The notes under the pieces are model-generated. The model was given only the letters and a program-made list of their open reading frames with translations. It ran no database searches and had not been told where the DNA came from. From positions 11,222 through 61,508 of the forward strand of contig CAZJSD010000003.1 of the NCBI GenBank assembly GCA_964548815.1: 50,287 nt of DNA, in the 5' to 3' direction. The first letter of the stretch is position 1; each line of letters begins with the position of its first letter. The position numbers and the translations under genes were made by a program. Below, piece by piece: positions 18,665 through 27,641 of this stretch. This stretch comes from an uncultured Muribaculaceae bacterium. GTDB taxonomy: Bacteria > Bacillota_I > Bacilli_A > RF39 > UBA660.

Positions 18665-20454
18665 GCGTAAGAAAAGAAGTCGCACCAAAGGGTTTATCTT
18701 TTAGCGCAAATGAATTCTTTATCAGTGATAAATATGCCGTTATATTAACTGTTGTATCTTATCCACAAATTATTTCTCCTGGATATTTATCTAGTTTAGT
18801 ATCAGGAGTAAGTGGTGTTAAAATAGTTGCGAAGCATATACCTATTGCATTTTCAGTTTTAGCTAAAATGTTAAATAGACAATTAGCTGATATTCAAGAT
18901 AGATATCAAAGAGAACATGATGTTACTATTCAAGAAAAGTTAAGACAAGATTATGATTCATTAAACAACTTTGTTACAACTATTACTAATAATCAATCTA
19001 GAGTATTTGATTTTCAATTACATATAATGATAACAGCAGATACAAAAGAACAATTAGAGCAAAGAAAAATTGCTATTAAAAATACATTAGAAGCAATGGA
19101 AATGAGAGCGATACCACTTAGATTTGAACAAGAAAAGGTATTGAAATCTTGTTTACCAATATTTGAAAAACAAGATTTAGAAGATAGAGTAGGAACTCCT
19201 ATTCCATCTCCAACAATCGCTGCTATGTACCCTTTTATATTTGATAGTATAAAAGATCCAGGCTTATCATGTTTACTTGGTATAGATTTTTCTGGTGGTA
19301 TTATTCTATTTAATCAGTTCTTATACCAAATTAAGAAAGAACATAATAGAAATAATGCTAATATGATTATACTTGGAACTTCAGGTTCAGGTAAATCAAC
19401 AGCAGCAAAATTAATGCTTAGAACACATATTAGAAACCAATGTAAAATAATCGCAATAGATCCTGAAGGTGAACTTGAGGACATGACTAAAATGTTTGAT
19501 GGAGATTTCATTAATCTAGGATTAGGTGGAGAATATGGAATGATAAATCCACTTGAAATAGTTGCGGATATAGATCAAACAGAAGCAGGAAGCAATGGAC
19601 TTGGATATTCTATATTAACTAATACTCTTCAAACTTTAAAGGCATTTATGAAGTATTATGATCCTTCTATTGAAGAAGATGTTCTTAATATGTTTAGTGA
19701 AGTTTTACAGGATACATATAAGAGATTTGGTATTGATTTTAATATTGATTTTACTAAGTTAGGTTCTAATGATTATCCAACTTTTAAAGATGTATATGCT
19801 ACTGTTAGAGGTAGAATTATGTCTATTCCTGAACAAACTCGTGAAAGAGATATAATGGAAAGACTTGAATTAAAGGTTAGACCATTAACTTTTGGAGGAT
19901 TAGAGCATTATTTTGATGGACATACAACAATTACTCCTAGATCTAACTTTATAGTATTTAATATTAGAGAATTAATGAATGCAGAAGCAAATGTTAGAAA
20001 TGCTTTATTCTTTAATATTCTTAAACATGCATGGAGCTTATGTCTAGACCCTAATATAAATTCAGTAATGATGGTAGATGAAGCACATATGTTACTAGGA
20101 AATAATAACATATTAGGAGCAGATTTCTTAGCAAACGTTCAAAGAAGAGCAAGAAAGTATAATAGTGGAACTATTGTTATTACTCAAGAACCTAGTGACT
20201 TCTCTAGTCCAATGGTATTACAGCAAGGAAAAGCTATATTTGATAACTCATCATATTATTTAGTAATGAACTTAAAAAAACAAGCTGTAGAGGATTTAAG
20301 TCAATTAATAGATATTAATGATAGCGAGCAAGAAAGTATTAAAAGATATAACCAAGGAGAAGGTTTATTTGTCTGTGGTAGTAAGAGATTACAAATATCA
20401 GTTATTGCGACAGAATCAGAATTAGATTCCTTTGGTAGTAAAGGTGGATTATAG
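18661..20454 (+). CDS. virB4: VirB4-family T4SS ATPase
   Basis: N.NMIILGTSGSGKS (Walker A), IDPEGE, INPLEI, VDEAH (Walker B), RRARKY and ITQ motifs. Confidence 0.92.
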   Translation: MSVRKEVAPKGLSFSANEFFISDKYAVILTVVSYPQIISPGYLSSLVSGVSGVKIVAKHIPIAFSVLAKMLNRQLADIQDRYQREHDVTIQEKLRQDYDSLNNFVTTITNNQSRVFDFQLHIMITADTKEQLEQRKIAIKNTLEAMEMRAIPLRFEQEKVLKSCLPIFEKQDLEDRVGTPIPSPTIAAMYPFIFDSIKDPGLSCLLGIDFSGGIILFNQFLYQIKKEHNRNNANMIILGTSGSGKSTAAKLMLRTHIRNQCKIIAIDPEGELEDMTKMFDGDFINLGLGGEYGMINPLEIVADIDQTEAGSNGLGYSILTNTLQTLKAFMKYYDPSIEEDVLNMFSEVLQDTYKRFGIDFNIDFTKLGSNDYPTFKDVYATVRGRIMSIPEQTRERDIMERLELKVRPLTFGGLEHYFDGHTTITPRSNFIVFNIRELMNAEANVRNALFFNILKHAWSLCLDPNINSVMMVDEAHMLLGNNNILGADFLANVQRRARKYNSGTIVITQEPSDFSSPMVLQQGKAIFDNSSYYLVMNLKKQAVEDLSQLIDINDSEQESIKRYNQGEGLFVCGSKRLQISVIATESELDSFGSKGGL

Positions 20455-20457
20455 TAT

Positions 20458-23400
20458 AAAAAGGTATTTATTAAATGCCTTTTTTTTGTTATAATAAAAT
20501 TATTGTAGTGGGTGGTGATATAATGCCAGAAGATGAATTCAATAATGAAGAATTTGATGAATCAGAAGAAGAGTTTGATGAAGGTTTGAATGAACCAAAC
20601 CAAATACCATATGTAGGTATAGGTGATGATGATTTGGATGATTTAGAAGATTTAGATGATGAATTAGAAGAAGAGGAATACGAAGATCAATATCTTGGTG
20701 TACCAGCAAGTACATCATCTAGTCCATCAACAAGTAGTGCATCTGTTCCTAGTTCTACTATTAAAGATACTAGTAGTTCTAATGCTGGTACTAATCAAAC
20801 GTCTAGTAGTAATACTGATACATCTTCATCACCATATAAAAAAGCAGATAATATGCAGGATGCATATTCTAAAACACTTGATAATAAAAACTACTATAAT
20901 GATGCAAAGGATAAAAACCAGCAGAAATTAAATGATATAAAGAATAAAAAGTCTCAATTACAAGAAAAGATTAATAAAGATAAACAAGATAGATCATCAG
21001 GTAACAATGGTGACAATGAAAAAGATAAAGATACTAAAGATAGATTAAAAAGAAGACAGCGTGGTAGATTTTCAGGTAATGGGTCTGCAGGTGGAGATAG
21101 CGATGGCGATGGTGATTCATCAAAAAAAGATAAAAAAGAATTAAAGAAACTTAATAAAGAAGAAAAGAATGCTAAAAAAGAAGCAAAAGATATTAAAAGT
21201 GATGAAAAGAAATCAAAACTATTTGAAAAACTTCACCCATTAAAAGCCGCAAAAGCTAAAGCAGGTCAAAAGGCAAAAGAAGCAGTAGCTGCTATTTGGG
21301 ATAAAATTCCATTTAAAGTTAAGGCTATTATAATAGCAGTATTTGTTGGGATACTTGTAATTGCACTTTTAATAATGGCTTGCTGGGCATATATAGATGA
21401 TGCGTTAGCTAGATTGGATGAAGGAGCAACATATGCTGCGGATTCACATGAAAAATGGGATAATTTCTTAAATGGTTTAGGGTTCCAAAATAGTGAAGAT
21501 GCATTCTATATGGAATTAAATAAACTTAATAAAGATAATAATTTTGAATTAAATATTCCTATTATTATGGCAACATTATATTATGATGAAACTCATTCTA
21601 ATGGTGAAGTTGGTTTGGAACAAACAACAGATGATGATGGAGATAATACATTAGTTGCTATTGCTTTAGCTAGAAGATGGATAAAAGAAAAAGTTGCAGA
21701 GTCAAATGAAACAATAGGTAAAGATGGTTTAGTTTACTCTAGTAACAAGATATATAGATTAAGAAAACTCGCGAGAAATCAGTTTGATAACCCTATTTTT
21801 GGTAAGGGTACAAATAAAAAAGAACATGTTGTAGGAATCATGGAATATTTAAACTTAATTCAAGCAAAGATAGATAAAGAATTATTTGAAGTATTAAAAA
21901 GTCGTTTTGAAAATGTAGTTAATATATATAATCCTTCCAATATAGCAGAATCTATATATCAATGTTTAATAACAGGTGATGAGGACTTTTTCACAACTGA
22001 TACAGGTGCTCATTTTGAAGATCTTAAGAATAATCTTGTGGATTTATTAGATGCTATTTTTTCACCGTTCTTTGATATAAGTGGAATTACTTTATATGAT
22101 GGTAATGAATGTACTAATGCAGTATGCGTAAAATATAATACATATAGTTATTCAGAAGAAACATATCTGAATTATTTAAGAAAGTATTATATTAAAAATA
22201 TGCCAGAATTTAAAAAATATATAAATGCAGATACTGATGAAATTAGAGACCAACAAATAGAAAAAATAATTAAAGAAATTCAAGAAACAGCTGCAAATTA
22301 CGAAGATGTATTTGGTATTAAGAAAAAATCAACTGAGAATTATAATAATGATTGCCCAGGTAATATTAAGCAGTCATTATTAGGAGATTTAGAAAAACCA
22401 GTAAATATAACAAAAACTGTTTCATTTACAAATGGTTATGGTTATGGTATTTCTGGAGGAATGACTCATAAAGGAGTAGATTTGAATTCAACAACGGCTG
22501 GTGTTAATCAGGGTGATGATGTTTATTCAGTATATAGCGATGGAGAGGTCATCGAATCAACTGCTGATTCTACTTATAAAGAGTCTGTAAAAGGTGGATG
22601 GGTAAAGATTAGATATAAATCATCTTCTGGATCAGAAGCATATGATTTTAGTATATTATATGGTGGTTTAGCTAAAGATAGTCTAACTTTAAAAAAGGGA
22701 GATAAGGTAAAAAAGAAAGATGTAATTGGAAAGATAGGCTCAAAGGAAGAGTCTGAAGATGAAAAAACACCTTCTCTTCACTTTGGTTTTTACGACGAAA
22801 CTACAAATAGATGGATGGATCCAAGTAATCTATTTATTAAATGTAGTAGCGCTGTAACTGGTGATCAAATGAATATTCATGATATATATTCTATTTCTGA
22901 AGAAAACTATGTTAAGGCTATAAATGAATATTGTGCCTCAAATTATTGTCATCCACTTTTGAAATCATGGGATTTAAATGTTGTATATAGAGTATCAGTT
23001 CAAAATAATTTGAATCCTAGATTCCCTGTTTTAAGAGCTATAGATGAAGGGTTTATGCCTGCTGCATCTTGTTCAAATTATAACTATTGGGGTATTGCAG
23101 TATATAATACAGAAGGTACTTGTGGAACAAGATATTCGTCTTTAGCTGATGGTGTAAAAGGTTTGGCTAATCTAGAAATAATAAAGAATAATGATACTTT
23201 ATATAATTTGATGAAGCTTTATGGATATATTGGAGATTATTGGTATCCAGTCAGATATACTCCTAGTGGACAAGTTGATTGGGGACTTGGAGGATGTGTT
23301 TTTGTATCTTATTCAGGAGATTATTTAGAAGAATTTTATACAAATAAATCAAGACACGCAGAGGTTAAAGCTTGGTGTGAAGCAGGTACAGGTGGAAGTC

Positions 23401-24066
23401 ATAGAACTAACGAAGAAGATCAAGATGCTTATACTAAGTTCTTATGTTCGAAGATGGCTAAAAATGATGAAGCTATATTTGTACCATATTTAAATACAAC
23501 TACTTCTACTGATACTGATGATGGAGGAGATGTTGAACTTCCAAATGAAACTTTGATTTGGCCAGTTCCAAGTCTTCCAATTGGAAGTACTAGTAGTGCA
23601 TTTGGATATAGAACGCATCCTGTATCTGGAGAAGCAAATGTATTCCATCATGGAGAAGATTATCCAGCAGCTCAAGGAGCAACTATTGTTTCTGCTTCAA
23701 ACGGAAAAGTATGTGGAAATTATTTTAATAGCGCAAGAGGATGGACCCTAGTTATTTTTGATGAGAAAACATCAACTAAATTTGTTTATCAACATATGAA
23801 TGTACAGTCACCTTTAGCTGTGGGTCAAAGCGTTTCAGCAGGAGCAAAAATAGGAACAGTAGGAAGTACAGGTGAGTCAACTGGTCCACATCTACATTTT
23901 GAAATACATATTAATGACTCATGCAGCGAAAGTATACCATATGATAAATATAATGGTGCCCCAAATACTGTTGATCCCAAAAAATATAATTATATTTCTT
24001 CCCCAAAAACAAATTAGAATTAATAATAAAAAAGGTATTTATTAAATACCTTTTTTTTGCTATAAT
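20458..24066 (+). repeat. 38-bp terminator+promoter direct repeat (20458-20495 and 24029-24066) flanking the hydrolase gene
   Basis: aaaaaggtatttattaaat(g/a)ccttttttttg(t/c)tataat with 2 mismatches. Confidence 0.9.
20523..24017 (+). CDS. Membrane-anchored cell-wall hydrolase with two M23 domains and a lysozyme/glucosaminidase-like domain (VirB1 analogue)
   Basis: GGTGGTGA RBS favours ATG 20523. Acidic and basic N-terminus, one TM, HKGVD..LHFG, AIDEG..NYWGI, HHGED..YQHM..STGPHLHFE. Confidence 0.82.
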   Translation: MPEDEFNNEEFDESEEEFDEGLNEPNQIPYVGIGDDDLDDLEDLDDELEEEEYEDQYLGVPASTSSSPSTSSASVPSSTIKDTSSSNAGTNQTSSSNTDTSSSPYKKADNMQDAYSKTLDNKNYYNDAKDKNQQKLNDIKNKKSQLQEKINKDKQDRSSGNNGDNEKDKDTKDRLKRRQRGRFSGNGSAGGDSDGDGDSSKKDKKELKKLNKEEKNAKKEAKDIKSDEKKSKLFEKLHPLKAAKAKAGQKAKEAVAAIWDKIPFKVKAIIIAVFVGILVIALLIMACWAYIDDALARLDEGATYAADSHEKWDNFLNGLGFQNSEDAFYMELNKLNKDNNFELNIPIIMATLYYDETHSNGEVGLEQTTDDDGDNTLVAIALARRWIKEKVAESNETIGKDGLVYSSNKIYRLRKLARNQFDNPIFGKGTNKKEHVVGIMEYLNLIQAKIDKELFEVLKSRFENVVNIYNPSNIAESIYQCLITGDEDFFTTDTGAHFEDLKNNLVDLLDAIFSPFFDISGITLYDGNECTNAVCVKYNTYSYSEETYLNYLRKYYIKNMPEFKKYINADTDEIRDQQIEKIIKEIQETAANYEDVFGIKKKSTENYNNDCPGNIKQSLLGDLEKPVNITKTVSFTNGYGYGISGGMTHKGVDLNSTTAGVNQGDDVYSVYSDGEVIESTADSTYKESVKGGWVKIRYKSSSGSEAYDFSILYGGLAKDSLTLKKGDKVKKKDVIGKIGSKEESEDEKTPSLHFGFYDETTNRWMDPSNLFIKCSSAVTGDQMNIHDIYSISEENYVKAINEYCASNYCHPLLKSWDLNVVYRVSVQNNLNPRFPVLRAIDEGFMPAASCSNYNYWGIAVYNTEGTCGTRYSSLADGVKGLANLEIIKNNDTLYNLMKLYGYIGDYWYPVRYTPSGQVDWGLGGCVFVSYSGDYLEEFYTNKSRHAEVKAWCEAGTGGSHRTNEEDQDAYTKFLCSKMAKNDEAIFVPYLNTTTSTDTDDGGDVELPNETLIWPVPSLPIGSTSSAFGYRTHPVSGEANVFHHGEDYPAAQGATIVSASNGKVCGNYFNSARGWTLVIFDEKTSTKFVYQHMNVQSPLAVGQSVSAGAKIGTVGSTGESTGPHLHFEIHINDSCSESIPYDKYNGAPNTVDPKKYNYISSPKTN

Positions 24067-24100
24067 TAATTAAGTATAAAAACTTATGGAGATGATTTGA

Positions 24101-26386
24101 TTGAAATTAAAATTCCGTGCTGAAAAAAAAGATGTTGTAGCATTTGTTACTGTTGCACTTGTTGTGTTAGTAGTAGTTGCTTTTTGTGTAGCAAATATTA
24201 CTTCTATAATTAATAATGGAACACCAACAGTAAATATTCTATATGCTTTTATTCCTAATAATATTGCATTAACAATAATAATATGGATTGCTTTAATAGG
24301 TGCTGCATTTGGTGCAAGTTCTTCTTATTTCTTTGAAAGGGAAAAAGGATTTGGATTTACTGATCAACCAAAGGAAAATGGTTATTCTAGATGGGCAAAA
24401 GATAAAGAAATAATGGAAGCTAAAGATGTATTAAAGGTTCCGTTTGTTGTGAAAACAGCTAAGGCTGGTGGAGTACCTGTTATTTATGATAATGAAAATG
24501 CATATGTTGATGATTCTAATATGCATAGTTTAGTAATAGGTGCCACTGGTTCAGGTAAAACTGCTGGTATTATTAATCCTACTATGAAGATGCTTATGAA
24601 AGCACATGAATCAATGGTTATTACAGACCCTAAGGGTGAAATATATGAAGATAATTATAAAATATTAAAAGATTTAGGTTATCAAATAATTGTATTAAAT
24701 TTCCGTGAGCCACAAAAAGGTTCTTGTTGGAATCCATATGATTTACCTTATAAATTTCAGCAAGAAGGAAATTTTGATAAAGCTAATGAGTTATTAAATG
24801 ACTTATCTACTAATATAGTTGTTGATGGTCAAAGTCAAGATCCTTTCTGGCAGAATGCTGCGGCAGATTATTTGACAGGTTTAGGTCTTGCTTTATTCCA
24901 AGATGCTCCTTTAGATCAAATAAATATTAATAGTATTAACTTAATGATAAACCAAGGTGAAGAAAGACTTGGAGCGTCTACTTATATGAAAGAGTATTTT
25001 AAGATGCAAGATCCTACATCACCAATCGCAATAAATTTAGCGGGTACAGTAACTACAGCTGATGAAACAAAAGCAGGTATTATGACTGTATTACAACAAA
25101 AAGTTAAGACACTTGCTGTTACTAGAAACTTATCCGAAATGCTTTCTAAAAATGATTTTGATATGGCAAGTATTGGTGAAAAACCAACTGCATTATTTAT
25201 GATAATTCAGGATGAAAAAACTACATATCATAGTTTGGCAACTATATTTATAAAACAATGTTATGAATGTTTAATATCAACTGCATATAAACATGGTGGA
25301 GCATTACCAATAAGAACAAATTTCTTACTAGATGAGTTTGCAAATATGCCTAAAATCAAAGATATTTCTACAATGGTTACTGCTGCGCGTTCTAGACATA
25401 TTAGATTTACTTTTATCATTCAAAATTTTGCTCAGTTAGATAAAGTATATGGAAAAGAAGATGCTCAAACTATTAGAGGTAACTGTATAAACACTATATA
25501 TTTATTAACAGGAGAATTATCTGCTCTTGAAGAAATAAGTAAATTATGTGGTGATAAGATAGTTAGAGTAGGTAAAGATAAAAAAGAAGAAACTAGACCA
25601 TTAGTTACTATTTCTGAGTTGCAAAGAATGAAACCAGATGAATATGTATTAGTTAGACATAGATGCCCACCATACAAAGGTAAACTTAAGATGGATTACA
25701 GCAGTGACTTTGGATTTGGTGTTGGTAATGACATCTATGGAAAAGATGTAGTTTATCCACAAAGAGAAATGGGTGAAGTAAAAGTATTCAGTATTAAAGA
25801 TTTTGTTAAAGAGAAAAAGGGAAAAACTCAAGGTTCACCAATGGGAGGAGGTTTTCCTGGAATGCCACCTATGGGAGGATTTGGAGGGATGCCTAACCAA
25901 AATAGAATGTTTAATAATGAACAAGATATTGATGAGTTAATTAAAAGCATAGATAAGCAGATTGCGGCATTAGAAGCTGAAGAAAAAGCAAGTAAAGAGA
26001 AAGAAAATAAAGAGAAAATTGAAACACCAGAGAAAGTTGAAGAAAAAGTGGTTGTTACACCTGAGGAAAATAAAGATGAAAATAAGGATATTATCGCTAA
26101 TATTGAAGAAAAAAATGATGGTTCAAATGTTGAAATGATAGATTCTAATATAATCGAAGATATTTCTTCCGAACCAGAATCAAAATTAGAAACTATACCA
26201 ATTCAAAATGAAAATGAGAATGCTCCAATGGTATCAGAAGTTGTTCATAGCAATATGGTTGATTTAGAAAACTTTAAGTTAAAGGATCAAAATGTTATGT
26301 CTAATACTGAAGAAACTCCTGAGCCAGCGCCATCAGATGATTCAAGTTCTTATGATGATTTCTTTGATGATTTCTTTGATGAATAA
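24101..26386 (+). CDS. virD4: VirD4/TraG-family type IV coupling protein
   Basis: TTG start with GGAGA RBS, two TM helices, GYSRWA, GATGSGKT, TDPKGE, DPFW, LLDEFAN, Q..AQL...YG and an acidic tail. Confidence 0.93.
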   Translation: MKLKFRAEKKDVVAFVTVALVVLVVVAFCVANITSIINNGTPTVNILYAFIPNNIALTIIIWIALIGAAFGASSSYFFEREKGFGFTDQPKENGYSRWAKDKEIMEAKDVLKVPFVVKTAKAGGVPVIYDNENAYVDDSNMHSLVIGATGSGKTAGIINPTMKMLMKAHESMVITDPKGEIYEDNYKILKDLGYQIIVLNFREPQKGSCWNPYDLPYKFQQEGNFDKANELLNDLSTNIVVDGQSQDPFWQNAAADYLTGLGLALFQDAPLDQININSINLMINQGEERLGASTYMKEYFKMQDPTSPIAINLAGTVTTADETKAGIMTVLQQKVKTLAVTRNLSEMLSKNDFDMASIGEKPTALFMIIQDEKTTYHSLATIFIKQCYECLISTAYKHGGALPIRTNFLLDEFANMPKIKDISTMVTAARSRHIRFTFIIQNFAQLDKVYGKEDAQTIRGNCINTIYLLTGELSALEEISKLCGDKIVRVGKDKKEETRPLVTISELQRMKPDEYVLVRHRCPPYKGKLKMDYSSDFGFGVGNDIYGKDVVYPQREMGEVKVFSIKDFVKEKKGKTQGSPMGGGFPGMPPMGGFGGMPNQNRMFNNEQDIDELIKSIDKQIAALEAEEKASKEKENKEKIETPEKVEEKVVVTPEENKDENKDIIANIEEKNDGSNVEMIDSNIIEDISSEPESKLETIPIQNENENAPMVSEVVHSNMVDLENFKLKDQNVMSNTEETPEPAPSDDSSSYDDFFDDFFDE

Positions 26387-26390
26387 ATAT

Positions 26391-26414
26391 AGGAAGCGAG
26401 TGCTTCCTTTTTTT
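26391..26414 (+). terminator. Intrinsic terminator ending the T4SS cluster
   Basis: aggaagc-gagt-gcttcct followed by a T run. Confidence 0.8.
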
Positions 26415-26615
26415 AAAAAAATAAAAAAACACAAAAATTGAATTTTAGAAAAATTAAAGAAACAATAAATAACTTCTATTATGGAAGTTATTTATTTTTG
26501 TGTTTAAATATAATATCTAAAATTCGATTTTAGTGATTTGATTAAGTATTTTAAGTATGATAGAGTGTTCTTGTCTTTGCAAAGAAAGTAAAAAAATAAA
26601 GGAGGTTTTATAGTT

Positions 26616-27479
26616 ATGTATATAGAAGAACATAGGGTCTTAGAAACATTTGACTGCACCAATGATGCATTTTTTAAGAGTCTATTTAGAAGTATAGAGG
26701 CAAGAAATGTAGTGGCATCATTCTTAAGCGCAGTAATAGGATTAGATGAAGAAATATTTAGAAAAGCAGAATATATAGGAGGAGAATTAGTAAAGAAAAA
26801 AATAAAAGAGAAATCAAAAACAAGTGATGTAATAGTAAAAGTAGATGATAAGAATAGAATAATAGTAGAAATGAATAAATATAATACAAGTAATATATTT
26901 AATAAGAATAGTCAATATGCATTCTCATTAATAAATGAAACAACAAAAAGTAGTAAAGAATATACAAAAGTAACATTAATAAATATAGATAATTTTAATA
27001 GATATAAAACAACAAGAGGAATACTAAATTTTAAGATGAGAGATGAAGAAGGACATATAGAAACAGAATTATATAATAGTATACATATAATACTTGATAA
27101 TGTAGTTAACCAGGAGTATAATCAAGATATAGATGAGAGAATAATAAATTTTTGTAAATTCATAAAAATAAAGACAATAACCGAGATGAGGAATGTATAT
27201 AAAGGAGATGAAAACTATATGGCAGCGATAAGGAAAGTGGAAGATTTATCGACAGATCCAGATTTTGTAGGATACTATGATGTAGAAGAAGCCCATAGAC
27301 AAGAATTGGAAGATATGAGAGATACCATATTAGAAGAGGGTATGGAAAAAGGAATATCACAAAGTCGTATAGAAATCGCCAAGAATATGCTTAAGGAAAA
27401 AATTGATGTTAATACTATATCTAGAACAACTGGGTTATCTAAAAAGCAAATAGATGAATTAGAAACATCAAAGAGTTAA
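26616..27479 (+). CDS. Rpn-family PD-(D/E)XK nuclease (putative transposase)
   Basis: ND..FK.LF, SDV...IIVEM and C-terminal EGMEKG...EIAKNML...ISRTTGLS motifs. AAGGAGG RBS. Confidence 0.85.
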   Translation: MYIEEHRVLETFDCTNDAFFKSLFRSIEARNVVASFLSAVIGLDEEIFRKAEYIGGELVKKKIKEKSKTSDVIVKVDDKNRIIVEMNKYNTSNIFNKNSQYAFSLINETTKSSKEYTKVTLINIDNFNRYKTTRGILNFKMRDEEGHIETELYNSIHIILDNVVNQEYNQDIDERIINFCKFIKIKTITEMRNVYKGDENYMAAIRKVEDLSTDPDFVGYYDVEEAHRQELEDMRDTILEEGMEKGISQSRIEIAKNMLKEKIDVNTISRTTGLSKKQIDELETSKS

Positions 27480-27494
27480 TAAGTCATTGATTTT

Positions 27495-27528
27495 AAAAAA
27501 TGGAAGTAAATTAACTTCCATTTTTTTT
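27495..27528 (+). terminator. Intrinsic terminator
   Basis: aaaaaatggaagt-aaatta-acttccatttttt. Confidence 0.75.
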
Positions 27529-27641
27529 ACATTTATCCATTTAATAATAATATAACATATTTTTATTAAAATACTAGAAATTTATTGATTTCTATGGTAA
27601 AATTAATGTAAATAGAATAATAGAAAAATAGGTGGTATTGT

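Noticed and set aside
13084-27479. Calling the T4SS region a complete ICE
   Set aside because: No integrase, relaxase, att repeats or tRNA target are visible, and there is no obvious compositional break from the flanks.
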